Below, in pieces: positions 13,445 to 24,699 of a DNA stretch of 64,000 nt. A program made the position numbers and the translations under genes. Each line of letters opens with the position of its first letter. Within the stretch, counting starts at the first letter, position 1. The stretch is from Octopus sinensis (Eukaryota): NCBI RefSeq assembly GCF_006345805.1, contig NC_043015.1, positions 48,174,001-48,238,000 on the forward strand, given 5' to 3'. The notes under the pieces were generated by a model, which had not been told where the DNA came from, searched no databases, and saw nothing but the letters and a program-made list of their open reading frames with translations.

Positions 13445-13472
13445 ATGGCGGAAGACTCGGCAATAGAAGTCA
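13445..13472 (+). CDS. AK9: Proposed AK9 coding exon 1 (MAEDSAIEV + phase 1)
   Basis: ATGGCG start and consensus donor A|GTGAGT. The phase-1 end matches the next exon, which has no in-frame ATG. An X-box lies 8 bp upstream. No homology support for this short peptide. Confidence 0.6.
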
Positions 13473-13799
13473 GTGAGTAAAGGAGTTTTGTTTAGATAAA
13501 CGCAGTTTAATGAATTTAACAGAACACATGTAGCTTTGTCGGTATTTTAGTGCAATAATTCTTTTCTTTTTTCATTTCTGTATTTCTTTAAAATACTGGA
13601 AAACATTAAAACACGATTACATACATACATAGACACATGCACGGGGATACATAGACATGTTTGTGTGTTTGTATTGTATGTGTTCTCTTGAAATTTATTT
13701 AGTCTTCTAAATTGTATACAAGCGAGAGAGTAACAAAGTATCAATACTTTTTTATTTGATTCAATGCGTTAGAGCAGTGGTACTCAACCAGGGTCTATA

Positions 13800-14090
13800 T
13801 AATAATAATAATAATAATAATGAAATTATTGTATACAGTGCTCAGGTGCACCACAACTTGTCAGAAAGTGCATATAAAGTACATGCAGTAATGTAGAAAT
13901 GTCTGGAAAGCGAACTATGTATGAGTCAGATACATGCTTGTGTGTGTATGGAGGGGAGAAAATCAGGTGTAGTGTTGGCGAATCTCAGGAAGCATGGAAG
14001 TTTTGAAGGATGCAGTGCTCCGACAACTAACAACTGATGCCGGCAGTTTGTTCCATGCTTCAGCAACTCTCAGCGTGAAAAATGACTGTT
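13800..14090 (-). mobile_element. CR1-type LINE 3' end, same family
   Basis: FFTLRVAEAWNKLPASVV; shared 3' UTR and (TTA)n tail. Confidence 0.8.
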
Positions 14091-15087
14091 GGGGTGAGGT
14101 GATGGGGGTCCACATGAGATCTTTGTTGCTGAAATTTATAGGCAATAAACTAGTTATCTTTCTACAATGCACAAAATGTTTTAATTTTTTTTAAACAATT
14201 TCATTCTAAAAATTTAACAAATTTTTTTAAAACATCGAATGACCTTGAGGGTCCACCCATTTAAAAATGGAATCAAAAGGGTTCACAGGTAGAAAAAAAA
14301 AATGGTCGAGGAACTCTGTGTTAGAGAATTTCCAGACGATAGGTGACTGTTGCTAGTCAGCTCTGATCCGTAAGTCTTATTGCGCACAGGTTAGCTCTGA
14401 TGGAGCGAGTCCTATGGATGACACACAGCTGGTTCTCTGAACTATGAATAACAACCCACCATGGATCTCTTTTAAGTTATACTACGTTTTTGCTTAGCAT
14501 AGGGCCATACTGCACACCACGACACACTATGATGAATTGTATGGGATGCAGACATTGTGGTGATCATATTACCCTCTCCGCTGACCTTACTATTTTTACA
14601 TGTCCATAGATTCTGATGGTGTTGAAAGCAGAGGCAGACAAGGTTAACTCAATCTGCATTGTTCCTCTACACTTAGATTTGTGGGCGTGTCACCCGGCAC
14701 AGTATTTGGGCCCAGTGTCGTGGATGTTTCGGTAGCTATGTGTTTTTTGTGTTTGCCCACCGTGAGTGTTTTTTAGCTTGCTGTTGTGATAGGTTTACAA
14801 GTTGTTGTATACATACCTGGCTGTTTTATATCCAGTGAGGCTATTGATGTTGTATAAGTACACTCTTTACTCTATTACTTGTTTCAGTCATTTGACTGCG
14901 GCCATGCTGGAGCACCGCCTTTAGTCGAGCAAATCGAACCCAGGACTTATTCTTTGGAAGCCTAGTACTTATTCTATCGGTCTCTCTTTGCCAAACCGCT
15001 AAGTTACGGGGACGTAAACACACCAGCATCGGTTGTCAAGCAATGCTAAGGGGACAAACACAGACACACAAACACATACACACACAC

Positions 15088-15138
<51 letters not shown>

Positions 15139-15152
15139 ATATAATATATATA

Positions 15153-15192
<40 letters not shown>

Positions 15193-16357
15193 CATATATA
15201 CATATATATGACAGGCTTCTTTCAGTTTCCGTCTACCAAATCCACTCACAAGGCTTTGGTCAGCCCGAGGCTATAGTAGAAGACACTTGCCCAAGGTGCC
15301 ACACAGTGGGACTGAACCTGGAACCATGTAGTTGGTAAGCAAGCTACTTACCACACAGCCACTCCTGTGCCTGTAGGTGTTTCATCACCATCATCACTAT
15401 CATATGTCGGTTTTCCATGCTGGCATGGTTGGAGGGTTTGACTGGAGCTGGTAACACCAGGGACCTCACCAGGCTCCGTTATCTCTTCTGGCCTGGTTTC
15501 TATGGCTGGATGCCCTTCCCAATGCCAACCACTCCACAGAGTGTACTGGGTTCTTTTTATGTGGCACCAGCACCAGTGCTTTTAATGTGGTACTAGCACT
15601 TGTATCAATTCTGCTGTGGCAGACAGATCTTGAGTACAGCAAGGCACCAGATATTTTGATCCTCAGTCATCTTCAGAAGGCTCAGTATCTTGAGATTGAC
15701 ATTTATTACTTCATCCCATGTCTTCCTAGGTTTCCTTCTTCCACAAGATCCATCCACTATAAGCATTTAGAGATGGTTATTCACATAGACAAAGACTGTG
15801 ACATTTGAAGCTTACTGCGGCAACAAACTATGCTTCTCACGTGTCTAGCTCTCTTTCATTTTTAATATTTTTGCTTCGTTGTGTAGGTGGTCTGTTGATG
15901 GGATCTGTACTCCATTTGGTTTGACCAGTAAGTGTGTCTTTTATAGCTTGTTATGGTTTATTGTGAAGACACCTAGATGGTTCCAACTGATTTGGAGGAA
16001 CATGTAAAGGGAACTGGTTGCTTCTTTACACTTTTGGGGTGCAACTTGGGTGCAACACAATTTCCTTTCTTTAGATTCCAGAAACTTCCAGTCATGAACA
16101 AGAACACAACCTTAAAAAATATATATATCTCTTTATTTTCTTATTTACAACAGAAATTCGTTGGTATCTTTGTATCCACTTGGTGAGAAATAGCAAAACT
16201 GAATTTTGACGTTTGTAAGCTTGTTACAACAATTCAGCAGCAATAGAACAGGTATTCAACAGCAACAGAGCAAGTCGTCTCGGCGCTATTAAGGAAAACG
16301 CCCTAGTCTGTCCCCTTCAGTCTCTAGCGCATGCACATGAGGGAACCTCCCTATGCC

Positions 16358-16392
16358 TTTCCAGAAGGTTCTAGAATGTTCCAGAAGGTTCC
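16358..16392. promoter_or_regulatory. Heat-shock element: 7 alternating nGAAn/nTTCn pentamers
   Basis: TTC at 16359, 16369, 16379, 16389 and GAA at 16364, 16374, 16384: exact 5-bp phasing. Confidence 0.7.
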
Positions 16393-16494
16393 AATCCCGC
16401 ACATGCGCACTGAAGAAGGACGTTCCGCACATGCACCTGAAGAATGACGTTGCGTGTGCGCGCACTGGAATATGACGTCACTACAAAGACTTCG

Positions 16495-16540
16495 TGAGAG
16501 ACCATTTGAGATGATCATGATCATCTCAAATGGTCTCTCA
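16495..16540. repeat. 46-bp perfect palindrome without a loop
   Basis: TGAGAGACCATTTGAGATGATCATGATCATCTCAAATGGTCTCTCA is its own reverse complement. Confidence 0.95.
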
Positions 16541-17532
16541 TTTTATGTGGTGTACCATCATATCAGTTGGAGCCCCTGGCCATTAATTGGAAGGCATGGA
16601 AGTCCAAATGTGATGCTGGAGTGATACACTTTGAAACTCAATGCATGAAGAGAAGAGGAAATGTTGTTGTCATCAAACCCCTGTGGCTGTTGTTTGGAGG
16701 CCACTTTCAGTACCCTCAGTGCCACAGGATCTACCTGTCTTATATTGGTCTTGTCAGTGACAGCCACTCCTATGAGACACAATGTGCTGGTGGCAGAGGA
16801 GAAGCAATTTCTTGTATCAACACTGTCATCACCATTGATGGGTTGTTATAAGCAAATAAGCACTGGGACAGTGTGGGAGGTAGCAGCTAGGTAGGCCTGG
16901 TATAATCCATATGTGTTGTCAGTTGATACTTTTAATTTCCTGTTCTTGTATAGAATGGGGATAGTCTTCAAGATAAAACACTTGTTGGTCCTCTATGACA
17001 TATTTCTACTGTGGTTTATTCCCCCTTTTCCCAATGTTTTTGCTTCCCTCTAAGGATTTTTCAATGTTCCTAAATTAGAGTCCATGGTCTTTTGTTTTAT
17101 CTTTCTTCTCAACTGCATCAGCTATCCTGTTGTTGTTTTCACTTTCATTGTGTAAACTTGAGCAAGATCGCTGCTGGCGATGTACTATTACAGTGCTACA
17201 TTCCAGTTCTCATATGATATTGTTAATGATTTAAGGCGCCAGCTACTTCCATGTATTGGTAATATATCACCATCTCCATTGACGTTGATGTTTTCAATGC
17301 TACTAAGCAGTTTTTTTAAGTTCTTTACATTCATCTTGCTAAATTCTTGGTTAAGTTTGAATAGCAATTACTGATGAAATGCTTGTCTGTGCCACTGGTT
17401 TTTTCTTCAAAGTACTTCTCTAGTTGAGAATATGTCAGCTGCCTACTTAGAAATATAAGCCCTTCACTGGAATTCAAACAGCAAGATAGTCACATAGCTA
17501 TGCATATAAACTCACATATGAAATGTATACAA

Positions 17533-17559
<27 letters not shown>

Positions 17560-17568
<9 letters not shown>

Positions 17569-17700
17569 ACATATATGCTTGCACATCTATAAGTACATAT
17601 ATATATATATACATTAACATATATGCTTGCACATCTATAAGCACATATATATATATACATTAACATATATGCTTGCACATCTATAAGTACATATTTTTCA
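17560..17700. repeat. Three copies of a ~45-50-bp unit (AACATATATGCTTGCACATCTATAAG.ACATAT)
   Basis: Visible at ~17568, 17617 and 17663. Confidence 0.8.
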
Positions 17701-18314
17701 TGTCATTGTGTTTATATATGCCTTGACAATTATATCAACACATATTTCTGTGTCAGTGTGAATGAATACCTACACGTGTTATGGGCTGTTTTTTAGAACA
17801 CATTTTTACATAATCTCTTCATGACTCCTACTTGTATGAAACAGTCATGCTATGATATATTAACCAAGTGTCTCTGAGACTGCAAAGAAACATTAAAAGT
17901 CCTAATCCTATAAGTTTCTCACTACTTTGTTTATAAACATCCTCCAGCAGGACTAACATTTCTCGTATTTATCATGTTTCCAGTTTATTGAGGTCATTCA
18001 CAAAGAGTTTCTAAGTGAAGATGTTGTATCAGTATTTTCTGCAGTTGATCACATAACTTTCAGGTTCCTTCATCAGAAACTAGAGCAGGTTCTGCTGCTG
18101 CTGCTAAAAATAGCATCATGACCTATAAAGCCCTGTTGATAGTTTGTCTCATCAACAACAATGATCTTTGTTCTCTCTTTCTTTCTTTCTTCAAGATGAA
18201 GATGGTTTGTCTGTAACCTTCATTTCTTGTTTTTCTGGGGCTTCAGCATGAGTGATGAACATAACCGACTTTTTTTTTTGTAATCCAGCCAAACTCGGAT
18301 CAAATTCTTCCAAT

Positions 18315-18735
18315 GTGGTGGTGATGGTGGTGTTGGTAATTGTGGTGGTCATGGCCTTGCTCATGATGGTTGTGGTTTGGGTGGTCGTAGTGGTGGTGGA
18401 AGTGATGGTGGTGGTGGTGGTAGTGGTGGTGGTGGTGATGGTGGTGGTGGTGATGGTGGTAGTGGTGGTGGTGGTGGTGGTGCTGCGGATGCTGGTGTTG
18501 GTGGTAATGATGCTGAGGGGTGGGCGTGGTAGTAATAACTGTGGTGATGGTGCTGGTGCTGGTGCTGCTGGTGGTGCTTGTTCTGGTAGTGATGATGATG
18601 GTGGTGGTGGTGGTGGTGGTGGTGATGGTATCGTGATAAGGAGTATGATTACAACAACATACCACATGACTCCCAGTACATCGTCGTCATCATCATCATC
18701 ATCATCATCATCATCACCACCATCATCATCATTAG
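18315..18735. repeat. Cryptic (GGT/GAT) then (CAT) trinucleotide array
   Basis: Direct reading; source of the long spurious ORFs here. Confidence 0.92.
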
Positions 18736-19272
18736 GTTGAGCCTGTTTAGATTTGCATGAACCTCCACCCATCACTGCCCTCCATGTCATATGGTAGTTT
18801 CTCGTGGTAACCTCCTGATTCATCTGTACACTGCCTGTTATATGTCTTCACACGGCCATTAATCCAACTATAACCAGCATCATCACCACCACATCCACTG
18901 TCACCACCACCACCATTACCATAAGTATGGTATCACTAACCAACCCCTCCTTACTTCTCCACCAATGTCCAGCAGAATTAACTCTTCTTTCTCTAATGAT
19001 GTATGATACTTTTAGGATGTTTATTGTATAATCTTTCTTTGGGAGAGTGTTCCTCTGAGGCCATGGCGCAAAACATCTACCCAGAGGTACCGTCCAGCAT
19101 AGTTTCACCCTTTTTGGTTAGCATTCAGCTGGAAGAACACCAATGCAACCTTATGTATTCGTACTGTGTCTTGAATATGTCCTCCACACTTCAGTGGTTT
19201 ATAACATGGAAGATGGCTTCATCTTCCAGATACCCAGCTTTTATAACAGATATAGATTATACTGATGACTTA

Positions 19273-19274
19273 TA

Positions 19275-19306
<32 letters not shown>

Positions 19307-19642
19307 AATTATTGTATACAGTGCTCAGGTGCACCACAACTTGTCAGAAAGTGCATATAAAGTGTATGCAGTAATGTACAAATGTCTGGAAAGCGAACAA
19401 TGTATGAGTCAGATATATGCTTGTGTGTGTATGGAGGGGAGAAAATCAGGTGTAGTGTTGGCGAATCTCAGAAAGCATGGAAGTTTTGAAGGATGCAGTG
19501 TGCTCCAGCAAGTAACAACTGATGCTGGCAGTTTGTTCCATGCTTCAGCAACTCTCAGCCTGAAAAAATGTTTCCTAAAGTCATGGGAGCTGTGCTGTTT
19601 TCTGACTTTGTAAATATGTCCAGTGATAAACGTCACCCTTTT
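19273..19642 (-). mobile_element. CR1/L2-type LINE 3' end with (TTA)n tail
   Basis: GHIYKVRKQHSSHDFRKHFF.LRVAEAWNKLPASVV, a CR1-like C-terminus. Confidence 0.8.
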
Positions 19643-20018
19643 CCAGCCTAGCCAGGCTTATGGGCCCAGTTTCCCGGTTTCTGTGGCATATGTGTTCTCC
19701 CCAGCTGGATGGGACGCCAGTCCATCGCAGCATTACTCAAGAAACAGGAAGAGAGAGTGAGAGCAAGTTGGGGCGAAAGAGTACAACAGGGATGCCCCCC
19801 CCCCCTGCCGGAGCCTCCTGGTGCTTTTAGGAAGAAAGAGTGAAAGAAAGTTGAGGCAAAAGAGTACAACAGGGGTCGCCACCACCCTCTGCCGGAGCCT
19901 CCTGGAGCTTTTAGGTGTTTTCGCTCAATAAACACACACAATGCTGGTCTGGGAATCGAAACCGCGATCCTCCGACCGCGAGTCCACTGCCCTAACCACT
20001 GGGCCATTGTGCCTCCAC
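19643..20018 (-). mobile_element. SINE-C with tail type 2 (internal partial duplication)
   Basis: Head begins GTGGAGGC at 20018. Related copies at ~34420-34712(-), 40680-40968(-), 57690-57988(-); a tail type 3 copy at ~56512-56785(+). Confidence 0.85.
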
Positions 20019-20620
20019 ACTGGTGACTTAGCTCTAACATAAAAAGCGATTGCTGGAACCATTACCTTACTTTATCGTCTGTAAGAAAACCTGGGAAGAT
20101 TTTGGATTCTATGATAGTGCCAGGAAAAGATAGAATTCATCAGAGACAATTTGGAGGGTGACATCACCTCATTGTCTGGAAACTTAATAAAAACCAATAG
20201 GTGCTTTCCTATTCCTTGGGAACAACATGTTATCAACAGAGGTAGATGAAAGCTTGGGAAGCTCTTAAATGTCTTGGCATAATAAGGAAGCCTAAACTCT
20301 CTGAGAGTCTGAAAAAGGAACTTCTTCTGTGCAGTGTTACATCAAACATAGATGTACTGAAATCCGACTTCATTGAACCTTACCTTTTATTACAGCTGTA
20401 TCTTGTCTGCAATAATAATTAAAAGAATCTGTTAAGATAATCAAAATAACCGGGTTTTAATTTAGTAAACATAAAAACTACTTTGCATTTCACTACCATT
20501 CATTCTTAATATAATAACTATACCATGTTAACTACACTTATACATACATGTATGCATGCATACATATATACATACATACATACATACATGCATACATACA
20601 TACATACACACATACATACG

Positions 20621-20692
<72 letters not shown>

Positions 20693-21965
20693 AGCATAGG
20701 AGTGGCTGTGTGGTAAGTAGCTTGCTTACGAACCACATGGTTCCGGGTTCAGTCCCACTGCGTGGCACCTTGGGCAAGTGTCTTCTACTATAGCCTCGGA
20801 CCGACCAAAGCCTTGTGAGTGGATTTGGTAGGTGGAAACTGAAAGAAGCCCATTGTATATATGCATATATATATGTATGTGTATATGCTTGTGTGTCTGT
20901 GTTTGTCCCCCCCAACATCACTTGACAACCGATGCTGGTGTGTTTATGTCCCCGTAACTTAGCGGTTTGGCAAAAGAGACCGATAGAACAAGTACTAGGC
21001 TTACAAAGAATAAGTCCTGGGGTCAATTTGATTGACTAAAGGCGGCGCTCCAGCATGGCCACAGTCACATGACTGAAACAAGTAAAAGAGTATATCTATA
21101 CACACACACACAAACACACATGCATATACTCACACATATACACACAAGTAAAAAATTGCACTGAAGGACGACAAAGGATCACAGAGAAAAAAAATCAAAC
21201 ACAAGACATGGACATGCTTATTCCTTATCAGTTATCAACCAAGAAACCTCACAATTTTATGCCATTATTGATACGATTGATAATTTTGGTATTTTTGTGG
21301 CACTGACTGCAAAACACTATTGGGTTAAGTGAGTGGACAAAACAAATAAATCCTTTTATTTCTAGAAACCAGTATAGGCGCAGGAGTGGCTGTGTGGTAA
21401 GTAGCTTGCTAACCAACCACATGGTTCCGGGTTCAGTCCCACTGCGTGGCATCTTGGGCAAGTGTCTCCTGCTATAGCCCCAGGCCAACCAATGCCTTGT
21501 GAGTGGATTTGGTAGACGGAAACTGAAAGAAGCCTGTCGTATATATATATATATATATGTGTGTGTGTTTGTGTGTCTGTGTTTGTCCCCCTAGCATTGC
21601 TTGACAACCGATGCTGGTGTGTTTACATCCCCGTCACTTAGCGGTTCAGCAAAAGAGACCGATAGAATAAGTACTGGGCTTACAAAGAATAAGTCCCGGG
21701 GTCGATTTGATCGACTAAAGGCGGTGCTCCAGCATGGCCGCAGTCAAATGACTGAAACAAGTAAAAGAGTAAAAGAATAAGAATATTCAATAATTAATAT
21801 TAGATCATTAAGCAAAACTGTCCAACCCATTGCCAGCATGGAAAATTGAACTTTGACATGACGACGGTGACTTCCCCTACAAAAACTGACCTTTACAATG
21901 CTGCTTGTAATCAATGAGGAAAGGTCATTCCACAAGCATGTCTGCTAACTGTTATATCTAACATC

Positions 21966-22350
21966 ACGGAGGCGCAATGGCCCAGTGGTTAGGGCAGCGG
22001 ACTCGCGATCATAGGATCGCGGTTTCGATTCCCAGACCGGGCGTTGTGAGTGTTTATTGAGCGAAAACACCTAAAAGCTCCACAAGTCTCCGGCAGGGGA
22101 TGGTGGCGATCCCTGCTGTACTCTTTCACCGCAACTTTCTCTCACTCTTACTTCCTGTTTCTGTTGTACCTGTATTTCAAAGGGCCGGCCTTGTCACTCT
22201 CTGTGTCACGCTGAATATCCCCGAGAACTACGTTAAGGGTACACGTGTCTGTGGAGTGCTCAGCCACTTACACGTTAATTTCATGAGCAGGCTGTTCCGT
22301 TGATTCGGATCAACTGGAACCCTCGTCGCCGTAACCGACGGAGTGCTTCC
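21966..22350 (+). mobile_element. SINE-C with tail type 1
   Basis: GGAGGCGCAATGGCCCAGTGGTTAGGGCAGCGGACTCGCG..GGTTTCGATTCCC tRNA-like head; tail ends CGACGGAGTGC. Confidence 0.88.
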
Positions 22351-22529
22351 ATCCATATCTAACATCTACATTTAGTACAATAAAGCAGAAATTAAGCCAG
22401 AATCAACTGAGATCTGATGAATCTCTGATCTGATATAACATCAGAACTTATTTGCTCATCAACCCACAATAGAATTGCCATGTTTACAGTATAAGTGACC
22501 GAGGAATTTCTTTATCTGTAGGTAGTAGG

Positions 22530-22905
22530 AGCACTCCGTCGGTTACGACGATGAGGGTCCCAGCTGATACGATCAACGGAACAGCTTGCTCGTGGAATTA
22601 ACGTGCAAGTGGCTGAGCACTCCACAGACACGTGTACCCTTAATGTAGTTCTCGAGGAGATTCAGCGTGACACAGGGTGTGACAAGGCTGGCCCTTTGAA
22701 ATACAGGTACAACAGAAACAGGAAGAAAGAGTGAGAGAAAGTTGTGGTGAAAGAGTACAGCAGGGTTCACCACCACCCCCTGCCGGAGCCTCGTGGAGCT
22801 TTAGGTGTTTTCGCTCAATAAACACTCACAATGCCCGGTCTGGGAATCGAAACCGCGATCCTACGACCGCGAGTCCGCTGCCCTAACCACTGGGCCATTG
22901 TGTTT
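22530..22905 (-). mobile_element. SINE-C with tail type 1, inverted relative to 21966-22350
   Basis: Reverse complement of the neighbouring copy, ~180 bp away. Confidence 0.88.
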
Positions 22906-23009
22906 CCACTCTTTATCTGTAAGGCGTTAAAGAACAAAGAATCTAACAGTGGTGTACACTGTGACAAGGAAAACACACACTCCACACATACATGCACACA
23001 CACACACAC

Positions 23010-23375
23010 ACACATGTAGACATGCATGCACACACACACATGTAGACATGCATGCACACACACACACATGTAGACATGCATGCACACACACACACACATG
23101 TAGACATGCATGCACACACACACACATGTAGACATGCATGCACACACACACACACATGTAGACATGCATGCACACACACACACATGTAGACATGCACGCA
23201 CACACACACACATGTAGACATGCATGCACACACACACACACATGTAGACATGCATGCACACACACACACATGTAGACATGCATGCACACACACACACACA
23301 TGTAGACATGCATGCACACACACACACATGTAGACATGCACACACACACACACACATGTAGACATGCATGCACAC
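23010..23375. repeat. Compound minisatellite CATGTAGACATGCATG(CA)n, unit ~26-30 bp, about a dozen copies
   Basis: Directly visible recurring unit with variable (CA)n length. Confidence 0.9.
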
Positions 23376-24230
23376 ACACATGCACGGACGGACAGACACA
23401 TACACACACGCAGTGAAACACATTCAAACAAACATCTGTATACACAAATGCAGACATACATGCACACACACACACACACACACACATTCTTTTTTATGCA
23501 TGCTCACATGCACACAGACTCATACATTCACATGCATGCTCACTCATGCATACACGAACATGTATACACGAACACAGCCACATGCAAACATACGCGCATA
23601 CACAAATTCTCTTACACATGCATACTCACACACATTAAAACATACATACACTCGCTCACTCACACACACAAACACAAATGTACATAAGCATACACATACG
23701 CGCAGGAGTGGCTGTGTGGTAAGTAGCTTGCTAACCAACCACATGGTTACGGGTTCAGTCCCACTGCGTGGCATCTTGGGCAGGTGTCTTTTGCTATAGC
23801 CCCGGGCCGACCAATGCCTTGTGAGTGGATTTGGTAGACGGAAACTGAAAGAAGCCTGTCGTATATATGTATATATGTATGTGTGTGTGTTTGTGTGTCT
23901 GTGTTTGTCCCCCAAGCATTGCTTGACAATTGATGCTGGTGTGTTTACGTCCCCGTCACTTAGCGGTTCGGCAAAAGAGACCGATAGAATAAGTACTGGG
24001 CTTACAAAGAATAAGTCCCGGGGTCGATTTGATCGACTAAAGGCGGTGCTCCAGCATGGCCACAGTCAAATGACTGAAACAAGTAAAAGAGTAAAGAGTA
24101 TACTCACACAAACACACATAAACACATGCACACACACATATACATATGCACACATTATACATTCTACATTTCTACAAAACTAAATTTAGCTCTTGATGTA
24201 AATTCTCTTCACTTTTTTGCTTTCATCCAG

Positions 24231-24406
24231 TTACCCTTACTGATGGAGAGACTACCATTCTTAATAATTTTATTTCTGAACTGAAACGGCCTGCTACAGA
24301 TTCAACACATGCATTCCTACCAACTTCAAAGGAAAAACTTGATGATGATTTAAGACCTGATGAACCATTTTCAAAAATCAGGAAAGATTTTTACAATGAC
24401 GAAAAA
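24231..24406 (+). CDS. AK9: AK9 exon 2 (TLTDGETTILNNF...EPFSKIRKDFYNDEK)
   Basis: Polypyrimidine tract plus CAG acceptor, GTAAGT donor, open frame. The C-terminal end aligns by eye with the AK9 N-terminal PF..IF.EDE segment and is in phase with the P-loop exon. Confidence 0.75.
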
Positions 24407-24699
24407 GTAAGTGGAGTTGAAGGATATTATGTTTCTTATCTCCTGGAAATATTGATGTTTGCCATGATATTTGATAGATTAAATAGTTTCTCATATTATC
24501 TCCTTGGGAGTATGTGATCTAGTGCTGTGGTTCTGAACCGGCAGCACAGCCCCACTCCCTAGGGGCAGTGGAAAGTTCTGGAGGGGCATTGAAGAAAAAG
24601 TGGGAAATAATAGGGTGACCAAAAGAGGGTAATGAATAAAAAAAAAAATAATGGGTTAATTAGGTTTAAGATTTATTTGTGACATGCAGTCGTTTTGAA

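Larger units (their letters stand above)
16030..16540 (-). mobile_element. Probable solo LTR or TE promoter cassette (boundaries uncertain)
   Basis: CpG-rich block with HSE array, CRE, short tandem repeats and downstream AATAAA on the - strand; no TSD identified. Confidence 0.35.
15640..17460 (-). mobile_element. Highly decayed non-LTR retrotransposon remnant, interrupted by an LTR-like cassette
   Basis: STDHLHNEAKILKMKE near 15870-15920 resembles the post-RT P.DHLH.E.K.L...E region of I/Jockey-type LINEs; many stops. Confidence 0.35.
19195..20400 (+). mobile_element. Old RTE-like RT fragment split by a chimeric insertion
   Basis: SRYPA.ITDIDYTDDL (19220-19272) resumes as DLAL after 20018; then KAWEAL..L.II.K..LS..LK near 20250-20330. 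Confidence 0.6.

Noticed and set aside
16410-16445. Two CTGAAGA motifs
   Set aside because: Part of short tandem repeats; no downstream GAAA or helices.
18035-18085. Minus-strand CTGATGA-AGGAACCT-GAAA hammerhead-like core
   Set aside because: Helix II has a 2-nt loop, the cleavage triplet would end in G, and no helix I forms.
18191-18823. 210-aa minus-strand ORF and overlapping long ORFs
   Set aside because: Built from GGT/GAT/CAT trinucleotide runs; open in several frames, with no domain or splice support.
22815-23487. Cys/Val-rich ORFs of 180-200 aa
   Set aside because: Translation of the (CA)n compound minisatellite.
24243-24284. ATG at 24243 as the AK9 start
   Set aside because: Out of frame with the AK9 reading frame; stops after 13 codons.
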